This document shows positions 24,801 through 38,695 of a stretch of DNA of 64,000 nucleotides, in pieces (positions within the stretch are counted from its first letter, which is position 1; every line of letters begins with the position of its first letter). Under the pieces are notes generated by a model that saw only the letters and a list, made by a program, of their open reading frames with translations, had not been told where the DNA came from and did no database searches. Source of the DNA: Cycas panzhihuaensis (lineage: Eukaryota; Plantae; Cycadophyta); assembly GCA_023213395.1 (NCBI GenBank), contig CM041465.1, positions 162,881,741 to 162,945,740 on the forward strand. The letters run 5' to 3'. The translations under genes were made by a program, and so were the position numbers.

Positions 24801-26100
24801 TGAGAACAAATTTGGGACCCTCGTCAAGTATTACTGGACTGGTATGCTTAAAGACAGACATTGGATATCATTCGAGGGCTTACAAGGCCTTGAGGAGGAG
24901 ATTTAGAGGGTGAAAGGGGTTTTGGACAACCAATATATTCCAAAGCATTCTTGCCTGAATTCTCTGGTATGGCCTTTGTCGTCAAAGGGATCTTACATGG
25001 TTAAAGATGGGTATAATATGTTAGCCAATAGGGAAGGCTGGGACAGGAATGATATGCTGGCTAAGGTATGGAAGTTGGGGATCCTTCCAAAGATAACCAC
25101 TTTTTGGTGGCTTTGCCTGCAAAATAAAATCCTCACAATGGATAATCTCATGAAGAGGGGTATCTAGCTAGTGAATAGGTGCATCCTCTATAAGGAGGAA
25201 GCAGAGACTTTGGATCACCTATGTATTCATTGCCCCTATGCCAGCGGTATTTGGATTGAGATCTGGAATAGGCTGGGTTTAGCATGAGTCTCCTCTAAAG
25301 GCTTAAGAGATCAATGGATTGCCTGGAATTCTCCATTCAAGAGCAAGACGTTGTCTAATATCTAGAAGATGATCCTCCCAGTTGGGTCATGGAATATCTG
25401 GAAAGAACGAAACAGGAGAATATTTGAAGGAAAGGAGATAGACAAAGAGATATCGGTGGCAGTGATCAGGAAGGGTATATCTGAAATGTTCATTCCTCTG
25501 AAGGAGGACAAGGTGCCCAAAGGGGAAGAAGGCATATTAGAGGACTGGGGGGTGGGTATCCCGAAGCAGGGTAGATCGAGAAGGCTAGCTATCAAATGGA
25601 CCCCCCCAGATATAACTTGGATAAAAATCAATTTTGATGGTGCAGCCAAAGGCAACCCTGGAGAGGCGGGAGGGGGCGGTCTCTGCAGGGACCATATGGG
25701 GAACCTAAGATGGGCTTTTACGGAATATATGGGCATCCAAATGAACCAAAGAGCAGAGGTGAGGGCCATGCAAAGGGCGATTGTTTTGGTGCACAAGGAG
25801 GGAGCCCAGAAGGTGGTTATCGAAGGCAACTCCATGTATGTGATAAGTTGTTTAAGGGGGGAAATAGAACCAGGATGGATCAATATAGACATTGTGAGAG
25901 ATGTGAAAGAGGTAATGGAGTCAAAAGCTAGAGTACAGTTTCAACATACCTATAGAGAAGGGAACTCGGCTGCGGATTGGCTGGCAAATTGGGCTGTGGC
26001 AAATAAGAGAACTATGGTTTGGAAGATGGACTTCCTGGAAGAGTTACTGAGACTGGTGAGGATTGATGCACACAGGGGAGAGACTAATAGGTTTGACTGA
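21898..26100 (+). pseudogene. L1 ORF2 (APE endonuclease, RT, zf-RVT, RNase H), disrupted
   Basis: MKVLS*NVRGLN, NVYAP, GDFNT, FTWSN, LDRML, SDH; KAPGPDGF, FRPISLCN, DMSKAYDRV, GLRQGHPLSP, FVDD; KINFDGAAKGNPG..AE..HTYREGNSAADWLA. Confidence 0.95.
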
Positions 26101-26310
26101 GAGGATTCCCTCTTAATTTGGGCTAGGCCATGGGCTTGTCATGGTCAATTGTCATGTATAGCTAGACTTTGATGTACGAGGTTTGGGGACCTAGTTAAAA
26201 CCCCTTCAATATTATTTTACCTTGTCAAAAAAAAAAGTTTAGCATTTATTTTAAGTTAACTATGGAGAGATTAAATATCAAAGATAATAGAGATGAGCTC
26301 ATTAATCTCA

Positions 26311-26959
26311 GATGAATCCCCCCGTTGGAGCCTTGGTTCAAAATCAATTTCGACGGGGCTGTAAAAGGTAATCCAAGGGAAGCCGGGGGTGGGGGAATAT
26401 GTAGGGATTGTAAAGGCTCCATTATTTGGGCCTTTGCAGACTACTATGAAACCCAGACGAACAATTTTGCAGAGATGCATGCTATGCTTAAAGCTATTGA
26501 TTTAGCTCAAGAAGGGGGCTTCCAAGGGCTAGTGATCGAGGGGGACTCTGAGGTTATTTTAAACTCGTTAAAAGGTATGGCTCTACCAGACTGGAAATTT
26601 CAAGCTATAATTAATGATGCTAAAGTTTTCATTAAGAGTTAGTCAGAGGTCTGTATTAGACATACCCTGAGAGATGGAAATAAAGCAACAGACTTTTTGG
26701 CAAACTGGGGGGTTAGAAATAAGAGGGGGCAAGTGTGGAGATGTGATTTCCCTAGGGATCTGTTGGCTCTGGTGGAGAAGGATATGATTAGTATTAGCTA
26801 GCCGTGGGGCTTGTCTCGGCTTTTTTGTTTTCTTCTCCTATACCGTGGGGATGTCACGGTTCCTCTTCTCTTGGTATTTTCCTCTCTTCTGATGTACTAG
26901 GTTGTGGGATCCTATTTTCAAACCCACTTTAATTCATTTTAACTTACCAAAAAAAAAAA
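26311..26959 (+). mobile_element. 5'-truncated L1 (RNase H domain, 3' UTR and poly(A)) with 13-bp TSD
   Basis: TSD CTCATTAATCTCA at 26298-26310 and 26960-26972; WFKINFDGAVKGNP..AE..IEGDS..HTLRDGNKATDFLANWG; A-tail at 26949-26959. Confidence 0.93.
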
Positions 26960-28352
26960 CTCATTAATCTCAAGAACAATACTAAATTTGATCATAAATT
27001 TGCTTTGGAATAAAAGCCCAGTGCACTACCTATAGGCTAAAATAGTCCTTCATATGGTGTCTACATTAAACAAATCTCAACAATGATATCTCTAATGAAG
27101 CTTGTAAACCCATATATAATAATAATTAGATTATCAAATTGCCATATGAATGGTTGCCCTCTTAAAATGATCGATTCTCCATTATAATATTATCCTCTTT
27201 TACTTCTCCATTCATATTCCTATTCTCATCTATAATGCTAAGATAGAAAGGAATCAGATTACTAATAGTAAGCCAATTATAATCTCTCCAAGCTTTAAAC
27301 ACATCAATAGTGAATAGTAAACAATGACACTTCAATAGTCATTACACATTTTTATCATAACTTGAAAACCTCTATCTTCTTCAAACATAAAGGACTACTA
27401 ATATTTCTTTAAAACCCTCATTCTTTTCTTTTTTTATTCTTCATATTTCAAAAGATAAAACAATAATCTCCATAAAACATTACACTTTTTCTCTCATCTA
27501 TTAATATCAATAACCAAGTTTTGTTTAAAAAAATATCATTCAAATAGAGGAAAATACACAAAAAGGTAGATGAAATTTTCCATCTATTAAGTAAGGTAAG
27601 AGAGATTTCACTTCACCATCATAAGACATTATACTTACACCCATCAATGCCTACTATAATAAATCTCATTGATGTTTGTAGGTTGCATAGGCCTAGATAG
27701 TAAACTCAAGCAACAACTTCTCTTTCTCTTCACTTATCAAACCTTGGTGAACTTTGAATAAAACTTACATGCTTCAAATAAGTGCCACATGCATAATAAT
27801 ATGTCTACAAAATTTAATAACACAACTTACCAATAAGGAGATTCCAGATTTAATTTTATAGTAAATCCCCATCATATCTTCATCATCATGCTCTAATAGT
27901 CTTCATTATATTTCATTAGCATATACCTAGTTCCTAGCTCATCAAATCAATTAACAACTAAGTCATACTGGCCTTATTAATGGCTCGATATTATCTCTCA
28001 TAGTGCATGCATAAATTATACTTGGATGCCAAAGATCATCACCATGTATATGCAGTCTTCAATTTCATCTCACTTCACTCTACTTCACCTTTATTTCATC
28101 TCATATAAGGTCTCATAATAGCTTTACCATGCTTTCTACTTCACCTGCACTCTAATACTATATTAAAATTTTGACAAAAACTTATGTAAAAGCTATGATG
28201 CTATGCAAAAAATTTAATTTATCTTAATATTCCATATTAAATTCATATCATATAACGAAGTAGGATTGATTATGTGAAGCATTCATATCAAGGTGTAACT
28301 TGCATAAATAATAAATGAAATGATTCATAAGGTGTTTAAAAAAAGCATTAAT

Positions 28353-28354
28353 CA

Positions 28355-28400
<46 letters not shown>
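28353..28400. repeat. (CA)n microsatellite
   Basis: More than 20 CA units with one TA interruption. Confidence 0.95.
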
Positions 28401-28406
<6 letters not shown>

Positions 28407-28566
28407 CATCAATATAACATAATCACATATGAGAAAGATATTAGTGAGACACTAGATTTATATGTAGAAACTATTTGATGAGGAAAAACATGGTAGAAGA
28501 GTGGAGCTTAGCTCTCTCCCCAATTATGCTTTTAACATATGTACAAATTTATAGATCCATTACTTT

Positions 28567-28585
28567 ATATATATATATATATATA
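28567..28585. repeat. (TA)n microsatellite
   Basis: TATATATATATATATATA run. Confidence 0.85.
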
Positions 28586-28849
28586 AGAACATCATCAACC
28601 AATAAAATCATGTTGATATATCAATTGCTTAAAGTATATATAAAAACCATTATATCGACCAATCATAACTCATCCACTAATTAGACATCATTTTGACTTT
28701 TGTGAAATTCAATATAATAATATCGTGTATAAGGAACACACTTTATTTACCCTTCTTAACTTATAGTTTATCATTTAGGAAGAGCTCACATGAGTGAGTT
28801 GCTATAATGCCACAAAGATAGGTTAGCACTAACTCTAATGGGATGGAGT

Positions 28850-30020
28850 AGTGTTAGAATGTCCACATAAATAGACTATAAGACTTGGGCATTTTAAGAC
28901 ACTAGTCTTTAAATTTGATAATCATTTATCCATCAAGATGGTATTTACTTTTTATAACATGAATTACTTATGTAAGTACCACTTATAAAGGTGTCTCTTT
29001 TTGGTTGAAGAAGAGATTGTTCTATTTGTTGAAGATGAATACTAATACACCTAAAGGGGACAATTATCTAGGAGAAGGTTGTGCCTATCTCTAAAAAAGA
29101 GTTCTAGAAACCATTCATATATTTGATGTATGGTAGTACCACCTTAGAGAAGGGTATTACAAAGAGTAATTATGCTATGCATTATTCTAACCTTGGGATA
29201 GGGCCAATACATATAAGAACACTTAAAGGTAGATTTATATTACATGATGATTTCTCATTTTAGATCCACTAATGAATCTTATATTCTCCCATTAAGCCTA
29301 ACTAAACTAGCTCTTTTCAAAAGAGAAGGCTTTATTAATTATATTTTCAAGCATAGAGGATGAATTTTATAATATTATAATGAAGCATATAGGTCTACAG
29401 GCAACATAAATAAATATGAGGACTAGTTTACATTGGGAATAGACATTGCTAAAAGGATAATCCCAATAGATAAGAGTTATATAATAACACTTACAAGCCA
29501 CCCAAGATAGATATAAATCCTATGTAGACCATGATAGAAAATATATAAAGTTTAATATTAGAGAAGATGTATTCATATGGAACTACTTGAAGAAAGATAA
29601 ACCATGCAAGAGGATGCTTCCACTTTATAACAAAAATTTACTTAGTGGTATTCATGTCAAAGATGGTGCTCCTTAGTCAAGGATGATTGCAATATACCCA
29701 CCTCTTAGGGGTTATCTAAAATTATCATGTTATAAGGGTTTAGTAGATTATGACATCGTAGTAATCCTTACTCATTATAATAAGTATTACAACTATATGA
29801 TGAAGTGAAAGTTTTGAATTAATGTGAAGTCCATCAACCACAAAGCATAAGTACCAAGCTATTTGAAAAGGCTTATTTTAGTTAAAATATTATGCTGGTA
29901 AATGGAAAAAGGAGTGTAGTTAAAGAGTTAACTAATCAAAGGTAATAAGTATCACCTTATATGAGGAATCCCATAACTTGATATATTATGAATATAAATG
30001 GATGAACCATTAGTATGTCC
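28850..30020 (+). pseudogene. Very decayed Ty3/Gypsy (Tat/Athila-like) pol remnant
   Basis: Only scattered motifs remain, for example HWE*/GIDIAKRIIP near 29430 resembling integrase WGIDIVGKINP, plus RT/RH-like patches. Boundaries are approximate. Confidence 0.4.
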
Positions 30021-33000
30021 TCATTCCTTTAGACAATGGTAGTTATGCATGTGAGATGTGTCAAGAGTAGGTTATTTATAATCAATAATGAGTAAGAAAA
30101 GAGGTGGTAATGTAAGAACAATCCACCTCTTATCCCATGTATACTAAATTAATCATACCTCTTTATACACTTAATAAGTAGGATAGCAAGATATCCCTTC
30201 CAAGAGATAGGAATATAAAAGTTGAAGTTCCCTTATGATTCCATATTCTATAACCTTTACTAAGAAACTTTTATAGAGAATATAATGATTTTATGCATTA
30301 GTTGCTATAATTTTATAAGGAATATTTACATGTGTAGGTTTCTGTATATGATTTTTATTATTGTACAAGATCTTTAGTAACTAAAAAAGTAGTATCATAA
30401 CTTTCTTTGAAGTAGTTATATATAAAACCTTAAAATTTCTATAGTAATTAAGTAAGAGATAACCTAATTAGGTCTAATTTACCCAAAAACATTGAGAATC
30501 CCACTAACAAGTACTTGTCTAGGCAAGATGAGCCAGAAGACCTAATAACATGGTATCAATCTAATAAGTAGATTAATGTGAATAGTATGATAGAGTGGAT
30601 AATATTATGACTTACTTGGTGGCTTCCCATTTGTAAAAAAAGGGTAACATATTTCTATCATAGTGGCTTGATAAAACTCAAAATGGTTTTTGGGAATTTA
30701 TCTTAAATCTAGTGTCATATTTAATCTTTAGTTTGTGCATAGTGTAGCACCAAATAAGCTCAACTTAGGAATGGCTCTATAGTAAAACATATAGTAAGGT
30801 GATAAGTTATGGCATCTAGTATGCGATTGGAGACAAATCAAATATTCTTAGGAGATAGATTATTTATTTTTAAATTATTGGAAATGTTAATAAGATAATT
30901 ATTATTTATTTATTTGGTTAAATAATTAAATACTTTAATTAATGGCATTTTATTAAATACTATAACAAGTGATTTAAATATGTTACATTTAAGAAAATTA
31001 CATATATTTAAATAATGGAAATGCAATTATTCTTTTAAAGAAAAAGAGTTAATATTATTAAATCCTTATGCCAATATATAAAATTTATACATTATCATAT
31101 AACTTTAAAGTTGTTGTTATACTATCTACCCATTTAGAATATATGATATTCATGATAATAGAGAATTTTTTAAGATTAGTACCCATTAAGTTATGAGAAA
31201 TGTAGTTATGATATTGCATAGATATAATAAGCATTCAATGATACCAAAATTGCATGTTATTAGTACTTTAATTTAATTTAGCTATTTTAATATTTTATAC
31301 TTTAATATTTATTATTATTACCTAATTTTGCTATTATTTGATGGTATTTAAAATTGTTAAAATATGTAATTATTCACATATATGCAATGTTTAATATAAG
31401 ATTGTGGTTTCACATAATCCCACACCTAAAAGCATTGATAAGTGTGGCATACATACATATTCATATATACATCCTATTAGATGATGAAAATGCTCAAATA
31501 TACTATAGGTTATTCATGAGGCAACATAATCTATATACATACATCACATGAGAACTTGAGAAAAGAGGAAAAAGATCAATCTTAGAGATTATAATAAATT
31601 AAAGCTACTAACTCCAACCTTCTTCCGTGGTTTTTTTCATCCCAGGTTTTCCACATATAAATCTTATGTATTTTGTGGTACATACTCATTGTTCATTGTG
31701 GTGATGTTCATTACTTTATGTTTATGATATTACTTATATATTGATCATGCATTATTACATTTATGTACATAATCTTTATAATATGATTAATTAGTTATAC
31801 TTCATTGATATGCTTCCACTATATAAATGAGCGTATTTTAATATAGTGTCTAAGAAAATTAAAGAATTTAATAAGGTGTTAGAGCTTAGGTTGAGTACTA
31901 TACTAATATCAAAGCCATCGTGATAGTATAATCCTATTAGAGCTCCAAGGTTGTAAAAAATCGTATGGAGAATTATGACAAACTATTAGCCTATTCAAAG
32001 CTAGTTACAGAGCCAATATATCAACCAGTGATAAAGCTAATATAAGAGCCAATTTAAGAAGAGAATTTAAAGAGTCAAAGACAATTATTCTAGTGATATA
32101 TAATCAAGATTCTAAGGTTAGATGAAGATGATTCAAAGCCACATATAGGAGATAAAGCTACTTCAAGATAAAAGATAACAAAATTGATGGGTATATTCAT
32201 TATTAAATTTATTATAGATATTTATTTTAAGCATATTACATGCATTTTCTATAGATATGCAAGTGTTAAAGAAGTCCACATAATGATGAGAAGAACTATT
32301 ACAAGTTATATTCACCAATACAGGTTGCCTCCTTATAAAGTTGAGTGAGATTTAGTGGGATTGTCCATCTTACCAAATCATAATTAGTAATAATAGATAC
32401 ACAATTAAAGGTATGCTAAGTGATCTATGAATTTAGTATTACATCAATGTATATAAAATAGACAGCATGCATGTACTAGTTTATATGTAGCAAATTTAAA
32501 GGTATGTTGCTTGGACACCATGATGTGTAGATATGAATATGATTATAGGTGAGAAATTATGATGACATAAATAAGGTCATGTTGCATATTTGATGTAATA
32601 TGAGGGGCACATACTTTACTAATTGGGAAGTATAGGTTGATAAAAAATAAAGCAGGTTAAGATTTAAATGAAAGATGGTAGAATTTTATTAAGCTTGTGG
32701 TATATTTGAAGGCATGTTGGTTTAATGAAAGATATGTTTATGGACGTGGATTGAATTGATATGATTGGTGGCAAAAAGAAAAGTACAACAGGCATAAAAG
32801 TATGAATTTTATATGCAAATCATGTTAAGACTATTTGAAAGGGTTTGAATATGTTTAATATCAGGGCAATGTTGAATCTAATTAAGTTTTTATAAAGAAA
32901 GCATTTTTTGTTTGAGAAAATGGTGAATATTATTTATGGAAATGGAAATTCCACTTTACTTCATTCTACACATATGTCCAAATAACTAAAAATATGTTTT

Positions 33001-34130
33001 GTACTATTTCCTATATTTTATCTCATTTTATTTTATGGGAGTTTGTGTGACTTGTTTAATGTTATTAAAAATTATGGCTATAATATTATTATAGACACCG
33101 TATTTACATCCAAGGGATACTAGTGAAGAAGCAATCTACCATAATTTTCCATGTACTTGGGTGAGACTATTTTACTATCATTTATGGTACTATAAGTTCA
33201 CAAAATTCAAAGTACTATTGATGCTCGAGATATCCACTTAAGCTATGAGATCATGCCATACCCTATGCCATTCAAGCCCTATACTATTATGATCTAGAAG
33301 TTAGTGGCCTTAATTCCATCTATTACCATTGCAATCATGTGATTTATTATCATTTATTGAATAATAAAAATCATAAAAGTCTATTCATAACCACTAGTGA
33401 AGAAAGTCTAATTGATCATCCATAGAGATAATCCAAATATTCATGCTTTTAAATAAGTCAAAAATCTACCCATAATCACCATGCAAAATATAGTAGCTAC
33501 AAAGCATAGCTACCATTATCATCTAGCCATTATAAGATCTAAACAATAAAATCTTATATACATTAATTTGATGATTGAACAAAGATGCTTATCATTTATA
33601 ATTATTCACATAGATTTCATACCTCTATAATTGGTTTATCTTATCAAATTTGATCACATATAAGGATCTTAAAGTAATTTAATCCTAATTTCATAGAAAA
33701 ATCATTTAGATTCTATCACTGAGTCACCTAATTCATCACTGCACAAAGAAAAATATTCTTTCATGGTATTAAAAAAATTCAATGTTGAGTTTTGATTTAA
33801 TTAGATTGAAATTTATTTTTAGATCTCTAAAGCCTATAACACCTCAATGCATAATCACATGGACATCATGACATGCCTAACAACCCACTAGGAAAGGGGC
33901 TAAATTCATATTCTTAAGGAATGTTTAATTTTTCATGACATATTGTCACTATTTTAGTCATAACTTTTTACTAGAGTATCAAATTAAGGAATTATCAATT
34001 GCATTAGAGTCTTTATTTAAAGATGATCGAAATGAGTGCTTGCAAGGTGTTGGAGAGAGGGTACATAAATAGGAAGTAAATGTAAATGCAAGAACCATTT
34101 AAAACCACAAGGAAGTGCAGCAGATCTGGC

Positions 34131-34166
34131 AGGTGGAAAACCCTTTTAGAGGATTAAAAACCACCT
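34131..34166 (-). promoter_or_regulatory. ENE-like hairpin in E4 LTR (copy at 40520-40555)
   Basis: Minus strand AGGTGG TTTTTAAT CCTCT AAAA GGG TTTT CCACCT; second copy AGGTGG TTTTTTAT CCCC TAAA GGGG TTTT CCAACT. Confidence 0.65.
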
Positions 34167-34509
34167 CATAAATAATAATAATAATAATAATATAATAAGG
34201 ACTGCACATTTGAATAGGTTGAGGATCTCATCCTCCCTCTTATACTAACCTACTTGCATACCAACATACTACCTCCCAAATCTTCCAGCCAGATAATGTA
34301 TAAAAGATTGTGGAATAAATGGGAGAGGAGTTCATTAATTTGGACAGTTGGCAAAATCACTGAACTTTTGTAATAAGACAAATAAACTTAATAATAAAAG
34401 ATAACATTAGAGTTAATACTAACATCCCCCTTTAATGTTAGCTTTTATACAATATATGATATAAAAGAAACAAATAAATAAAATCTTTAGCATGTTGATC
34501 CCTCTTTGA

Positions 34510-37500
34510 TGGAGACTGCTTTTATCTTCAATAAATCTCTAAGCTTTAAAAACTTTACTTTAATTAATGACTTTGTAAGAATGTTTGTAATCTGTACATC
34601 TGTAGGACAATAACATAAGTGAATAGTTTTATCATTTACAAGGTTATATATATAATGTTGATGTAATTCTATATGTTTTATCCTTGAATGGGCAACTAGA
34701 TTAGTAGCAATAGATATGACTTCTTGATTATCAATATTAAGTTCAATGGATGAGTTAGGAAATAAACCAAACTCACTTAAAAGAGATTTGATCCAGAGTG
34801 ATTCTTTGTTGGCTTCAACAAGAGCTCAATATTTAGCTTTAGTTGTGGATAAGGCTAAGGCTTACATCTTTTTACTGGACCAAGTAATTGGTGAAGAGTC
34901 TAAAAAGAAAACATAACTAGCAGTAAATTTGCGATCATCAAAGTCTCTTGCCCAATCTAAATCTGTATAACCTATTAATTTTAGGTTATTCTTACAAGAG
35001 TTATAGGTTAGACTATAGAATATTATACCTTGTAGATATCTTAAAATCTATTTAGCTACTTTCTAGTGAGACTTATGAGGATTTTGCATATATCTAGAGC
35101 ATAAGGCAACAGCCTAAGAGATATCAGGATGCGTGTGAGTTAGATAAATGAGACTACTTATGAGTTGTCGATATGTTGTAGGATCATAAAGTGGTGTAGA
35201 ACAATCAGTAGATAGTTTAATACCTGATTATAAAGGATTTGGAGTTGATTTAGCATTTTCCATATTAAATCGTTTGATTAAGTCTAAAATATATTTAGGT
35301 TAAGATATCATTATTTCAGAATTATTTTGACAAATTTGTAATCCTAGAAAATAGTGTAAAAGGCTTAAGTCAAACATTTTAAATTGGTTCATCAAGATTG
35401 ATTTTAATTGATGAATACTAGAGAGTAAGGATCCAGTGATGATTATATCATCTATATAGAGAATTAAGATAGTAATATTGTCATTTTCACGTCTAAAATA
35501 GAGATTAGGATCACTAATATATTTAGTGTATCCAATTTGTATAAGATAATCATTTGTTTTTGTATACCAAGCTCCAGGAGCTTATTTTAAGCCATAGATA
35601 GATTTTTATAATTTATAAACGAGGTTAGGATTACAAACAAATCTAGGAGGTTGATTTACATAAATTCCTTCTTTAAGATTTCCATTTAAGAAGGTGCTCT
35701 TTACATCCATCTAATGGATTTCCTAACCAAATTTAGCTACTCAAGATATAACAATCTTAATAATATTCATTTTAGCTACTAGAGAAACGGTTTCATTATA
35801 ATCAATATTATTAATCTGTGAGAAACCTTTTACGACTAAATGAGCTTTGTATTTCAGAACTGCTCCTTTAGAGTTAAACTTAGTTCGATAAACCCATTTA
35901 TAATCGACTACATTCTTTCAAGGAGGTAGAGTAACTAAATCCCAAGTTGAGTTCTTTTTAAGAGCATCTATTTTAACTTGTATGACTTGTTGCCATATAG
36001 GATTGTTACTTGCTTACTTAAAAGTTTTAAGATCGTCACTGGCCATGACTTTGGCTATTAGAATAAAATTAGCTTGAAGTTTTTGTGAACGAGTTCTTCT
36101 AGTATCCAAAGGATTACCAACATTAGAACTAGCATTAGAATGAGTTTTCTGAGTCCAAACAGGTTGTTTACTATTGTTAGTTTATTGCTTTGGTGAAGTG
36201 GGCTGACTAGATGTAGTAGAAGTACTAGATTCTTTTAAAGTCTAGTTTTAAACTTAAGTAGATAAGGATTCAATTGATTTAGGATCAGCTTGAATGTTAT
36301 TAGGATCAATTAGGTGAGAATTAGTTAATAAATTTTTAACTGGAAGTTCCACATAAGAAGTTTTTTATGAAGAGCCTTCTTCATCAAATATAACATCACG
36401 GAGTATTCAAATTTTATGCATGGTTGGATTTAAAAGTTTGTAAGCTTTGCTTTCTTTACTTTAACCAACAAAGATGTATTTAAAACTTTTAGAATTAAAT
36501 TTTTTGTGTTTTTCTTTGGGAATATATCCCCAAGCAATGCTTCCAAAGATTCTTAAGTGTTTAATAAAAGGTTTACATCTAGACCATTTTTGCTCTAGCG
36601 TGATATTTTGTAAGGATTTACATAGTAAATGATTTAATAAATAGTTGGAGAAAGTAATAACTTCTGCCCATAATTTTAAGTCAAGACCTTTTGCATGTAA
36701 TATGCATCTAGTCATCTCAACAAGTGTATAATTTTTGCATTCAGCAATATTATTTTATTGAGGAGTATATGTTATTGAATGCTAAAATTGTATTCCATGC
36801 TTCTTACAGTAATTAGTAAAATTATTACTAAGTATTCCTTAGTATTATTTATTCTGAAATTTTTTATTTTAGAATTTATTTGATTTTCAACTAAGGTTTT
36901 GAATTCAACAAAGATGTTAAGTACTTGACTTCTTGTTTTTAACATATATACCATTATTTTCCTAAAAAGTCATCAATAGACATGACAAAATATCTGTTTC
37001 TAGAGTATGAAGGAACTTGAAATGGACTGTAGATATTAGAATGAATAAGTTAAAGTGGAGTTTTTACTCAAAAGGTAGTATAATTTGGGAAAGGAACCAT
37101 GTGTTGTTTGCCTATTACACAGGCTTCACAAATACCATAGATAGTTTTTAGTGTAGATAATCCATGAACCATATCATTCTTACCTAGATACTAGAGTTTT
37201 TCATAACTTATATGACCAAATCTAACATCCCAAAGTTTACTGACAGGGTTAGATTTTGCTATAATGGCACTGAAAGTTTTGGTTTTAGAATGTTGGAGAC
37301 TTGTTACACTATAAAGACCTATTTTGTGATCTGCAGATCCTGAGGCAATTAGTTTAAACTTGTTTAATGGTTGTTCGATAATAAACTTATCTTTCTAGAA
37401 TTCTACAAGAAGATATTTCTGGTAGATTTGATATATTAAAAGAAGATTAGGTAATAAGCCAAGAATGTAGAATATGTCCTTAATTGAACCATATTTTAAT

Positions 37501-38695
37501 GTAACATCACCTGATCCTTTGACTTTGAGTTAGGTTCCACTCCCAAAAGAGATCTCTTCTTCGAAGTTTAAATCAGGTTGATATGGAGTGAGATATTCTT
37601 GGTGTCCCGTCATGTGATGGGAAGCACTTGAATCGAGAATCCATAAAGGTGGTTGAGTGGTTAGTGTTGAAAAAACTATTGTAGAAGTAGTTAAAGAATG
37701 ATGAGAATTGTTAGATCAAGATTGGATCCCCTTGGAAGCTTTCCAGGCTTCAAAGGTAATTTTGTTCCTATAGACATCAATGGTGTGCCCATTTTTATGA
37801 CAGTAGGCATAGCTAATGTTTTGATTAGGATTAGTATCAATAGTATTTTTTTTTAGAAATTATTATTTAGAGGTATTATGAGATTCAGGGAATCCAGAAT
37901 ACTTAGTGTTATGATGAGAATTATTTTGAGTGGATGAACCTTTATGAGGTTTTTAGAATTTGGGATGATGATGATGACTGTTTTGATAGTTATTTTGATG
38001 TTTAGACTTAGTAAATGATTAAGACTTGGAAAAAAGAGCCTGTGAAGGATCTTTTAATTTTCCAATCTGAATCAACATGGTTTAATATTCAATAAGTTGA
38101 TTCGTTAATTGATCAAAAGTAATTGGTGGATGTCATGCTTGTTGCCTAACAATTTTGAAAAGATTAAAATATTTTAACAGTTTATTAATTGTAAGACAGA
38201 CAAGTGTATCATCATCTTTTGCATGTATTATAATGACTTCTTTATCACCTACTTTTGTAGAATATTTGATACAATTTGCTAGGTCTTTGTTAATGAGTTG
38301 AAGTTTAGATAAGAAATCTTCAACTTTAGAAAAATCTTCATAATTTAAATCATACATTTATTGTTCTAATGCAGCTAATTATTGTGTATCAACCCTATCA
38401 TACTTTACTTAAGAGTTTTCTAGATAGTGGCTAGATTGTCTATTTCAAAGAACTACCTACTGATGTATGGGGAGAGGGAGGATAGGATGGTGCCTAGGGC
38501 TCCATCACAGTTCATCAAATAGACTATATAATCTTCTGATATTTCATCTTCAGGTTTTAGAAATTCACCTGTGACATATCACCATATCTTCTGCTATTTA
38601 AGCTTATGGAATATTTTATTTTTCTGGTCAACATAATTAGAGCTAGTTAATACTGGAATTGGTACATAGGAGGTTGTTCCTAGCATAAGTGCCAT
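34510..38695 (-). pseudogene. E4 gag-pol pseudogene
   Basis: ATG at 38695 (MALMLGTTSYVPIPVLTSSNY); WILDSSASHHMTG protease; MTRCILHAKGLDLKLWAE integrase; RT and RH. Riddled with stops. Confidence 0.9.

Larger units (their letters stand above)
19816..26235 (+). mobile_element. Full-length L1-clade LINE (about 6.4 kb) with RNase H, 17-bp TSD and poly(A)
   Basis: TSD AGTT(C/T)AGCATTTATTTT at 19799-19815 and 26236-26252; A-tail at 26227-26235; ORF1 plus ORF2 architecture; telo-box AAACCCTA at 19850-19857 in the 5' UTR. Confidence 0.96.

Noticed and set aside
25600-26100. RNase H in an L1 as a novelty
   Set aside because: RNase H-bearing L1s are established in plants.
26311-26800. Second RNase H as a tandem domain duplication within the first LINE
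   Set aside because: It has its own TSD and poly(A) and is divergent in sequence, so it is an independent insertion.
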